From IMG/VR virus record IMGVR_UViG_3300037847_005438, positions 46,933 through 66,932 of that record: DNA of 20,000 nt; one strand, given 5' to 3'. The DNA comes from an uncultured virus (IMG/VR IMGVR_UViG_3300037847_005438). Lineage: Duplodnaviria; Heunggongvirae; Uroviricota; Caudoviricetes. Below the pieces are notes generated by a model, which saw only the letters and a program-made list of their open reading frames with translations, ran no database searches and had not been told where the DNA came from. Below are positions 9,432-15,314 of this stretch, in pieces (position 1 is the first letter of the stretch; each line of letters opens with the position of its first letter). Made by a program: the position numbers and the translations under genes.

Positions 9432-9668
9432 TTATTTTTCTTTTTTAGTACCTTTACCGTCATTGCCTCGGTTAGCTTTAACCGACTTGAACTTACGGTC
9501 TTTATGGTCGTAGTCTTTATTTTTTATGTTTTTACCTGCTTTTTTGGCAGCACGCCTCTTACGCTGGTTCTCTGCTTTTTTCTTACGTCTATCCTCTGTC
9601 ATAGCCGCACGTTTATCACGAGCCGCCTTCATTCGCTTTGCAGTGGGTGTAAGTTTTTGTTTTGCCAT
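9432..9668 (-). CDS. Highly basic small protein with a degenerate HNH-like segment (KDYDHK...KANRG)
   Basis: 78-aa R/K-rich ORF, first gene of the leftward arm; HNH resemblance is weak. Confidence 0.6.
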   Translation of the reverse strand: MAKQKLTPTAKRMKAARDKRAAMTEDRRKKKAENQRKRRAAKKAGKNIKNKDYDHKDRKFKSVKANRGNDGKGTKKEK

Positions 9669-9673
9669 ATCTC

Positions 9674-9703
9674 TATTATTACATAGTAATAAAGTAATTT
9701 ACA
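9674..9703 (-). promoter_or_regulatory. Putative class II (phage sigma-dependent) promoter TGTAAAT-N12-ATGTAATAATA
   Basis: Both boxes and the 12-nt spacing are identical to the plus-strand site at 17685-17714; heads the leftward arm. Confidence 0.65.
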
Positions 9704-9740
9704 CTTGTTTTTAGGATATTATAAATATTGGGGTATAGTG

Positions 9741-9854
9741 CTGCGCCCCCCTCCCGGGGACCCGGCTCCCCCCAAAAATGATTTGCGAAAGCCCCACGGG
9801 CCCCTACGGCCAGTGATTTGCCGTAAACTTTTTACGTTTTGCTGGCTAGCCCCT
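9741..9854. other. GC-rich non-coding island at the strand switch; G-quadruplex-type motif on the minus strand (9746-9773)
   Basis: C runs of 6, 3, 3 and 6 on the plus strand; TGATTTGC twice (9779, 9814); hairpin TACGGC...GCCGTA; sharply unlike the AT-rich flanks. Confidence 0.6.
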
Positions 9855-9874
9855 ATATACTAAATGTTTTTTTA

Positions 9875-9906
9875 CACAAACTAGTTTAGTGTACAGTTAG
9901 ATAATA
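9875..9906 (+). promoter_or_regulatory. Class I repeated motif CACAAA-N18-AGATAATA, copy 1 (putative early promoter)
   Basis: Exact boxes and spacing recur nine times in the same orientation, mostly just upstream of ORFs. Confidence 0.75.
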
Positions 9907-9951
9907 TATATGTAACTAAAATAAAATATTAACTAACTAAATAATTAAATT

Positions 9952-10170
9952 ATGGAAACTAAAAGATTCGTTATCAGAAAAACATTAATCGGAAAGAATA
10001 CAATAATAACTTTCGTTAATAAGAAAAAAGAAACAGTGAAGTATAATCATGATGAAGTATACAATGCTCACAAAGAAAGATTCGACAACATGAACTGTTT
10101 CGCAAAGTATAAAAGTTATACTAATAGTAATGCGATGCCAGCATTCTGCCGCGACTTACAAATAAAGTAA
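9952..10170 (+). CDS. Hypothetical protein, paralog of 10820-11050
   Basis: KRFVIRKTLIGKN...YNHD.VY...KYKSYT shared with the paralog. Confidence 0.85.
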   Translation: METKRFVIRKTLIGKNTIITFVNKKKETVKYNHDEVYNAHKERFDNMNCFAKYKSYTNSNAMPAFCRDLQIK

Positions 10171-10234
10171 GTCAAGGCAACGCACTTGAAAAAGCAAGTG
10201 TGTATAGCACTTGTGTATAGCAACGTCACTCGTA

Positions 10235-10266
10235 CACAAACTTAATTAGACCACCATCAGATAATA
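10235..10266 (+). promoter_or_regulatory. Class I motif copy 2
   Basis: CACAAA cttaattagaccaccatc AGATAATA. Confidence 0.75.
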
Positions 10267-10280
10267 TATGTGAATATAAA

Positions 10281-10454
10281 ATGAAAACTATGAAGATAGA
10301 ATTATACAATCATCAGAATGAATTAATTGGAATATTACTAGAATTTCCATTTGAAGAAACTAATCAAGAACTTGAAGAATTAATAGTAGATTATATTAAT
10401 GAAAATACTGATGTTGAAGAAAATGAAATTGATTACTATAAAATTGTAGAGTAA
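10281..10454 (+). CDS. Very acidic 57-aa protein
   Basis: Manual translation MKTMKIELYNHQNELIGILLEFPFEETNQELEELIVDYINENTDVEENEIDYYKIVE; fills the space between two motif copies. Confidence 0.75.
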   Translation: MKTMKIELYNHQNELIGILLEFPFEETNQELEELIVDYINENTDVEENEIDYYKIVE

Positions 10455-10455
10455 T

Positions 10456-10487
10456 CACAAACTAAATAAGTCACTCGTCAGATAATA
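10456..10487 (+). promoter_or_regulatory. Class I motif copy 3
   Basis: CACAAA ctaaataagtcactcgtc AGATAATA. Confidence 0.75.
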
Positions 10488-10511
10488 TATATGAACTTAA
10501 AATAATAAATT

Positions 10512-10700
10512 ATGTCGAGAAATAAAATAATAGAAGAAACAGTAGAAACTATAATAGATAATATAGAAGAGAAATTAGTAGAATATATGTTTGACCTTGG
10601 TGACTACTCAGAAACTAATAATAAATTTTATAAAGATAAAGAAGAATTAACTAACTTAGTAATAAAAGAATTATACAATAGAGTAAGAGAAGTAGAATAG
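10512..10700 (+). CDS. Acidic helical hypothetical protein
   Basis: 62-aa ORF downstream of motif copy 3. Confidence 0.75.
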   Translation: MSRNKIIEETVETIIDNIEEKLVEYMFDLGDYSETNNKFYKDKEELTNLVIKELYNRVREVE

Positions 10701-10744
10701 TACCTCTATACTAAAAATATCAAGTAAACAAAGTATATACTTTT

Positions 10745-10776
10745 CACAAACTAAAATCGATGTAAGTAAGATAATA
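10745..10776 (+). promoter_or_regulatory. Class I motif copy 4
   Basis: CACAAA ctaaaatcgatgtaagta AGATAATA. Confidence 0.75.
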
Positions 10777-10819
10777 TAAATGTAAAAACAAATAACTAAC
10801 TAAATAAAATTAAGAAATT

Positions 10820-11050
10820 ATGGAAAATGTATTAAAAAGTAAAAGATTCGTAGTAAGAAAGTCATTAATTGGTAAAAATCAAGTAATAGTATTTACTAAC
10901 AAAAAAGGTGATGAAGTAACCTATAACCATGATAAAGTATATGAAATCATGAAAGAAAAATTAACTACTCTACCATGTTGGGAAAAATATAAGTCATACA
11001 CAGCGACTAATAACATACCAACTATATGTAGAAACAAAGAACTAATTTAG
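10820..11050 (+). CDS. Hypothetical protein, paralog of 9952-10170
   Basis: KRFVVRKSLIGKN...YNHDKVY...KYKSYT. Confidence 0.85.
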   Translation: MENVLKSKRFVVRKSLIGKNQVIVFTNKKGDEVTYNHDKVYEIMKEKLTTLPCWEKYKSYTATNNIPTICRNKELI

Positions 11051-11061
11051 TTAGTTAGACT

Positions 11062-11137
11062 AGTCGAGGTGTGCACTTACGGTACTAATAATAGTATCTT
11101 GGACGGAAACGGTAATTAGTGTACACCTCTACTTTTT
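11062..11137 (+). ncRNA. Putative structured RNA element (three-way junction) followed by a U-tract
   Basis: 12-bp stem GAGGTGTGCACT/AGTGTACACCTC with one G-U, enclosing a GGTACTA/TAGTATC hairpin and CG-GAAA-CG. Confidence 0.45.
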
Positions 11138-11143
11138 ACAAAG

Positions 11144-11191
11144 TGTGACATTAGGTAGTTAATATAACTAGAGTAACAGGCAATTGTCACA
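11144..11191. repeat. TGTGACA...TGTCACA inverted-repeat element, copy 1
   Basis: 7-bp arms 34 nt apart; 25/28 nt identical to 16278-16305. Confidence 0.75.
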
Positions 11192-11219
11192 AATTAAATT
11201 AAACAATAGTAAGATAATA
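11188..11219 (+). promoter_or_regulatory. Class I motif copy 5
   Basis: CACAAA ttaaattaaacaatagta AGATAATA; overlaps the right arm of the inverted-repeat element. Confidence 0.75.
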
Positions 11220-11231
11220 TAAATAAAAATT

Positions 11232-11420
11232 ATGAAATATATAACAGTGTTAGATTTTGAAGATGGTAGAATATACCAATATGATATAGGTTTTCAAGTA
11301 AACAAACTTGGTTGGAATCCTGATAGTGAATCGTGTGAAGGTTATTTAGTAAATAAAGGTCATAATTTAAGTAACTGTGAGTGGATGGTTCATAAAGATA
11401 GACAAGTAATAACAAAGTAA
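11232..11420 (+). CDS. Hypothetical protein
   Basis: 62-aa ORF after motif copy 5. Confidence 0.75.
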   Translation: MKYITVLDFEDGRIYQYDIGFQVNKLGWNPDSESCEGYLVNKGHNLSNCEWMVHKDRQVITK

Positions 11421-11421
11421 T

Positions 11422-11616
11422 ATGAAGATAGATTTTGATAAAGTAGAGGTATTAGAAGTAAGTAATATAAATCAATGTGACTACCCAGAGTATTGTGACG
11501 CTTACATATCAGAGGCGAACTACAATGGTAAAACAATGAGTGATGAGATGTTAGATGAGATAAATGATAACTATCCTGACTTTGTATACATACAAGTAAT
11601 GGAACAAATAAACTAA
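11422..11616 (+). CDS. Acidic hypothetical protein
   Basis: 64 aa, 15 D/E versus 3 K; tight operon spacing. Confidence 0.8.
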   Translation: MKIDFDKVEVLEVSNINQCDYPEYCDAYISEANYNGKTMSDEMLDEINDNYPDFVYIQVMEQIN

Positions 11617-11619
11617 ACT

Positions 11620-11871
11620 ATGAAAAAAAGAAATTATATACTAACCTTAGTTGACTATGGTTATAAAGTTGAAGCGTGGGATGATTATGGTAAATATGTG
11701 TGTGTCTATGAAAAAACTCGTGAAGCAGCAAGTGAATTTATAATGAACTGGTGGGAAATGTCAAAGCAAAACAAAAAAAGTGATGACAACTGGAATAAAG
11801 CAATGCTAAAAATGATAGAGTTAGACAAAAAGTATGGTATTAATAAAGATAATAGAGACGGACTAGATTAA
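11620..11871 (+). CDS. Hypothetical protein
   Basis: 83-aa ORF, tight operon spacing. Confidence 0.75.
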   Translation: MKKRNYILTLVDYGYKVEAWDDYGKYVCVYEKTREAASEFIMNWWEMSKQNKKSDDNWNKAMLKMIELDKKYGINKDNRDGLD

Positions 11872-11872
11872 A

Positions 11873-12097
11873 GTGTTAAACAAAATAATAAATAAAATGG
11901 TAAAAATAGTAGAAAAAAACGTAGCAGAATTAATAATAGTTTCATTAATATTACTAGTGTTTCTAACAAGTTGTGGAACCGCTAAACAAATACAAGAAGA
12001 ACCAATGAAAGAGTGTTGTAAGAAAACTGCACAAGCGGTATATGAATATGAAGGATGGGTGGTAAGTGATTGTGAAAACTGTGACGAAATAGACTAA
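11873..12097 (+). CDS. Putative small lipoprotein
   Basis: Hydrophobic stretch LIIVSLILLVF followed by lipobox LTSC; Cys-rich C-terminus; start codon uncertain. Confidence 0.65.
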   Translation: MLNKIINKMVKIVEKNVAELIIVSLILLVFLTSCGTAKQIQEEPMKECCKKTAQAVYEYEGWVVSDCENCDEID

Positions 12098-12168
12098 TGG
12101 GAGCGTGGATAATATTAATAATACTATCGGCAATGGTTTTAAGCTATTTTGGTAGTGAGTACGAGTAA
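12097..12168 (+). CDS. Putative 23-aa single-TM peptide
   Basis: MGAWIILIILSAMVLSYFGSEYE; TAATG-coupled to the upstream gene and ends just before motif copy 6. Confidence 0.5.
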   Translation: MGAWIILIILSAMVLSYFGSEYE

Positions 12169-12170
12169 AA

Positions 12171-12202
12171 CACAAATTAAATTTGACAACAGTAAGATAA
12201 TA
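12171..12202 (+). promoter_or_regulatory. Class I motif copy 6
   Basis: CACAAA ttaaatttgacaacagta AGATAATA. Confidence 0.75.
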
Positions 12203-12229
12203 AATGTGTAACAAATAAAATAACTAACT

Positions 12230-12400
12230 ATGAACAAAATTAAATTTTTAAAGCAAGACAAAATTAGATTAAATGGTATAACTTACAAGCCTTATACTAT
12301 ATGCCAACTACCTGAAAGATTTGGCTTAGTAGATAATGATGGCTACTCATACTTTACTGAGTGGTTCAATTACAAAGGTTTTACTTACATAGCAGAATAA
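12230..12400 (+). CDS. Hypothetical 56-aa protein
   Basis: Manual translation MNKIKFLKQDKIRLNGITYKPYTICQLPERFGLVDNDGYSYFTEWFNYKGFTYIAE. Confidence 0.7.
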   Translation: MNKIKFLKQDKIRLNGITYKPYTICQLPERFGLVDNDGYSYFTEWFNYKGFTYIAE

Positions 12401-12401
12401 T

Positions 12402-12611
12402 ATGAAGTGTAAGTGTAATAATATAATACCTCAAGGCCGAGTTAATCTTGGATTCAAAGTATGCGTAGACTGCTCTACGACCGAAGCATATGGTTGTGCT
12501 CCAATTATAAACCATAAAACCGGTAATTCCATACAGATTATGTCAAGCAGTGACGCTGCTCGCATATCCAAGATAACTCAGCGTAGAGGTTATGGTACAA
12601 TGTTAGGTTAA
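12402..12611 (+). CDS. Zinc-finger protein resembling the DksA/TraR C4 finger
   Basis: CKC..IIPQGR.....VCVDC pattern. Confidence 0.55.
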   Translation: MKCKCNNIIPQGRVNLGFKVCVDCSTTEAYGCAPIINHKTGNSIQIMSSSDAARISKITQRRGYGTMLG

Positions 12612-12643
12612 CACAAATTAAATTAAATTAGTAACAGATAATA
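12612..12643 (+). promoter_or_regulatory. Class I motif copy 7
   Basis: CACAAA ttaaattaaattagtaac AGATAATA; starts immediately after the upstream stop codon. Confidence 0.75.
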
Positions 12644-12657
12644 TAATAAAATCAAAT

Positions 12658-12945
12658 ATGAAAAAACTAACTAAACAAAAAGTAAAACAGTATTTCTCTT
12701 ACAGGTCAGATGATAAATTACTACATTGTCCTGAAGCAATTGCCAACGCTTGTAATAGTATGGCTGATGATTTTAGTAATCACGAGTTTGCTGATGTTGA
12801 TGCACTAGATCTTATGAGGTTATTACTACTTAACACAGCGTTAAATGGTAAAGGTATACCAACACATAGTTATGGTTTTCATACAGCAACAGGTCGAGCA
12901 ATTATTAATAAACTACAAATGAAATATTATGAGTATAAAAAATAA
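12658..12945 (+). CDS. Hypothetical protein
   Basis: 95-aa ORF after motif copy 7. Confidence 0.75.
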   Translation: MKKLTKQKVKQYFSYRSDDKLLHCPEAIANACNSMADDFSNHEFADVDALDLMRLLLLNTALNGKGIPTHSYGFHTATGRAIINKLQMKYYEYKK

Positions 12946-13417
12946 ATTACAACTACTTGGTATACAAGAGGTTACAACTAAAAGACAAGAGAAAAATGGT
13001 ACACGTGAATTTAAGTTACCAATAAACGATCCTTATGGTGATGCTATACACGTCGCATCTTTCGCCACTGGCTACGTTAGACGTACTAGAACTACTGGTC
13101 GTAGTGATTGGCAACTAAATAAAACAAAGCAAGAAAAGCGCTACGTAGAAATGAAAGATTATGATACAGGTAGACCGGTAATTAGAACATTTAAAGATAC
13201 TGTTAGAATATTAATAGAAGATGAGCAAGAAAGGTTAGAGTATTTAATAAGCTATTGTCTCAAAAACTATTACATCGGTCAAGCAAATATGTTATCAAAT
13301 GGTAAATATATACCTAAATGGAAGTATGATAACAAGTGTAATGAGTGTGATAGAGATGATGGCGCTTTACAAAACTTATCAGTAATAGTAAATAACGAAA
13401 GATATAGAATAATATAA
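12929..13417 (+). CDS. Hypothetical protein
   Basis: 162-aa ORF overlapping the upstream gene. Confidence 0.8.
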   Translation: MSIKNKLQLLGIQEVTTKRQEKNGTREFKLPINDPYGDAIHVASFATGYVRRTRTTGRSDWQLNKTKQEKRYVEMKDYDTGRPVIRTFKDTVRILIEDEQERLEYLISYCLKNYYIGQANMLSNGKYIPKWKYDNKCNECDRDDGALQNLSVIVNNERYRII

Positions 13418-13418
13418 T

Positions 13419-13559
13419 ATGGGAAAACAAAACGAAAAACTACTAAAAAATATAGAATTATATGAGCAAAAAAAGAAAGCTGAACAGCAAAAATCCAAAA
13501 TACTGGGACAAAAGCCAGATAACCGAAAAACCAATAGCAAAGAAAAAGCTAATGTGTGA
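13419..13559 (+). CDS. Possible 46-aa Lys-rich peptide
   Basis: ATG directly after the upstream stop; overlaps 13462-13599 in another frame, so one of the two may be spurious. Confidence 0.35.
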   Translation: MGKQNEKLLKNIELYEQKKKAEQQKSKILGQKPDNRKTNSKEKANV

Positions 13560-13599
13560 AACTAAAGGTGTTAAAATATATGGAATATGGTACGCTTAG
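13462..13599 (+). CDS. Basic 45-aa hypothetical protein
   Basis: Manual translation MSKKRKLNSKNPKYWDKSQITEKPIAKKKLMCETKGVKIYGIWYA. Confidence 0.55.
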   Translation: MSKKRKLNSKNPKYWDKSQITEKPIAKKKLMCETKGVKIYGIWYA

Positions 13600-13620
13600 T
13601 AGTCATATGGCCTAGTTAAT

Positions 13621-13836
13621 ACGAGGTGAGGGTGGTAGCGCGTGAGACGTGTAGCAGAGGAACGTGGGTTGAAATTACCTGGTGCACAAAATAATACGTT
13701 CTAATAATATCTGCATCTTACTCACTTGGCAGAACGGCAGGATAAAGCAAATATAAGGAAGAACAAAGATCGAGCAGGTACAATTTAAAATACCAAGGAG
13801 TCGAGCCTTATAAGAACCACACCTGCCCGACCTCGT
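13621..13836 (+). ncRNA. Putative ~216-nt multi-helix structured ncRNA with a possible pseudoknot, family not recognised
   Basis: Nine mutually compatible nested helices plus one crossing helix in a GC-enriched intergenic gap (detailed under findings). Confidence 0.6.
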
Positions 13837-13841
13837 TTTAT

Positions 13842-13873
13842 CACAAATTAAAATAGAAGTAAAATAGATAATA
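13842..13873 (+). promoter_or_regulatory. Class I motif copy 8
   Basis: CACAAA ttaaaatagaagtaaaat AGATAATA. Confidence 0.75.
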
Positions 13874-13890
13874 TAATAAAATTAAATACA

Positions 13891-14292
13891 ATGACAGAAA
13901 ACGAATTATTACTAAAAATTGAAGGCTTAGAAAAAGCTATCAAAGAACATCAAGACTTTGTTAATACGTATGGTAATACGTTAACAACTACTAAACAAGA
14001 ACTAGTTGACTTACACAAACCAGAGTTAACTACATCTCAAATGGAAGCTATTGAACGTGCTGTGGAACAAGCTGTTAATGAGTTTGATTTTACAGATACA
14101 GATAACTATGAAATAGATTATAGTCTTGACTATGATAATAGAGTACAATGTGAATCACATGAGTTTATTAATGAAAGTGATTTAGTTGAAATGATAGTTA
14201 ACAGAGTGTGTAAATTATTCAAAGAAGTTGAAGAGTTAGACACAACAGAACCTGACCATCATAAAGTTACTCACGTAGAAAAAATTATATAA
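13891..14292 (+). CDS. Acidic hypothetical protein with N-terminal coiled coil
   Basis: 133-aa D/E-rich ORF. Confidence 0.8.
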   Translation: MTENELLLKIEGLEKAIKEHQDFVNTYGNTLTTTKQELVDLHKPELTTSQMEAIERAVEQAVNEFDFTDTDNYEIDYSLDYDNRVQCESHEFINESDLVEMIVNRVCKLFKEVEELDTTEPDHHKVTHVEKII

Positions 14293-14293
14293 T

Positions 14294-14902
14294 ATGAATC
14301 TATTAACACAAAATAGTAAACTAAAACGTACATCTAAAGAATTAGGCTTAAGAGTATTTAACTTTGGTATACCTGCATACAGGTCTGCTAGTGGTAAATT
14401 AACATGTCCATTTGCTGATGAGTGTGTTAAGTTTTGTTATGCTAAAAAAGGTGCATACATATGGAGTAATGTACAGCCTGCGTTTGAAAAGCGTTATCAA
14501 CTTAGTAAAACAGATAAATTTATACCAGCGATGATGGACGAGATAGTTAACAAGCGTCCTGATTATATCAGAGTACACGATAGCGGTGATTATTATTCAC
14601 CTGCATACTTAGAAAAATGGTTACGTATAGCTAGAACATTTCCTGAAGTTAAATTCTACAGTTATACTAATTGTGTAAATATGCTTAAAAATGTAGATTT
14701 ACCTGATAACTATGATATTATATTCTCAGACAGTGGTAAACAAAAACATATGATAGATCAAACTATAGATCGTCATACTAAAATATTTGACAGTCAAGAT
14801 GAATTAATGTCTAACGGTTACATAGATGCATCTAAGATTGATTTATATGCAACGAAATGGTTTAACAAAGATAATATTAACGTAGGGCTTATAGCTCATT
14901 AA
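14294..14902 (+). CDS. Phage gp88-family protein (Cys-triad, radical-SAM-like)
   Basis: NSKL, TCPFADECVKFCYAKKG, IRVHDSGDYY, FYSYT motifs. Confidence 0.75.
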   Translation: MNLLTQNSKLKRTSKELGLRVFNFGIPAYRSASGKLTCPFADECVKFCYAKKGAYIWSNVQPAFEKRYQLSKTDKFIPAMMDEIVNKRPDYIRVHDSGDYYSPAYLEKWLRIARTFPEVKFYSYTNCVNMLKNVDLPDNYDIIFSDSGKQKHMIDQTIDRHTKIFDSQDELMSNGYIDASKIDLYATKWFNKDNINVGLIAH

Positions 14903-14912
14903 AAATTAAATT

Positions 14913-15296
14913 ATGTCAACAAGAGCACAAATACGATTTGCTACGCGTGAAGCAGGTCAATCATTTAACAAGCATCCAAATGCTATACACGCACAATTTT
15001 ACAAGCACAGCGATGGTTATCCTGAAGGTTTAGGTATAGATATAGCTAATTCTATTATGAATAATGTAGGATTAAATGGTATTGAAATAGAACCATTAAC
15101 ACATAAGCATAGTGATTTAGAATATATATATTATATTTGGCAAGCACCAGGTAAAGAAACATTTATAAGTATATTTGAAGTAAATATGATACCAGCTTAC
15201 TGCGAAACTTGTGGTCAAGACGTACAACTTGAAGATGCTTGTGTATTTGTAGGATTACCAACAGAATTAATAAATAAGTATTCACAAACTAAATAA
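14913..15296 (+). CDS. Conserved phage hypothetical protein (MSTR...YxHxDGYP type)
   Basis: MSTRAQI...FYKHSDGYPEGLG...DLEYIYYI; CxxC near the C-terminus. Confidence 0.75.
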   Translation: MSTRAQIRFATREAGQSFNKHPNAIHAQFYKHSDGYPEGLGIDIANSIMNNVGLNGIEIEPLTHKHSDLEYIYYIWQAPGKETFISIFEVNMIPAYCETCGQDVQLEDACVFVGLPTELINKYSQTK

Positions 15297-15314
15297 GAAA
15301 TATGACAGATAATA
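15283..15314 (+). promoter_or_regulatory. Class I motif copy 9 (spans a gene junction)
   Basis: CACAAA ctaaataagaaatatgac AGATAATA; contains the stop at 15296 and the ATG at 15302. Confidence 0.6.

Noticed and set aside
792..9714. Track ORFs 792-983(-), 941-1150, 1990-2304, 6528-6749, 6969-7583, 7746-7949, 8700-8957, 9393-9686, 9526-9714
   Set aside because: Antisense or alternative-frame shadows of terL, groEL and other well-supported minus-strand genes.
11062..11137. Hammerhead ribozyme
   Set aside because: No CUGANGA core in the junction.
11144..11191. CRP site (TGTGA-N6-TCACA)
   Set aside because: The half-sites are more than 30 nt apart in both copies.
13419..13599. Programmed -1 frameshift at A-AAA-AAG joining the two overlapping small ORFs
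   Set aside because: The second ORF is in the +1 frame, so a -1 slip would not fuse them; A-runs are common in this sequence.
13621..13836. Identification as RNase P RNA, tmRNA, tRNA, or cobalamin/lysine riboswitch
   Set aside because: It lacks GAGGAAAGUCC and the RNase P 3' consensus, has no tRNA-like ends, and shows only fragmentary cobalamin-like words (GGAA, T-loop, ACCUGCC) without the B12 box.
9875..15314. Class I repeats as a CRISPR array or integron attC sites
   Set aside because: Spacing is irregular (about 0.2-1.4 kb) and contains genes, the motif middle is variable, there is no palindromic attC structure, and no cas or integrase gene is in the window.
9875..15314. Motif read as an antisense Bacteroidota TANNTTTG promoter
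   Set aside because: Only copy 2 gives an exact TANNTTTG on the minus strand, and the motif orientation tracks the plus-strand genes.
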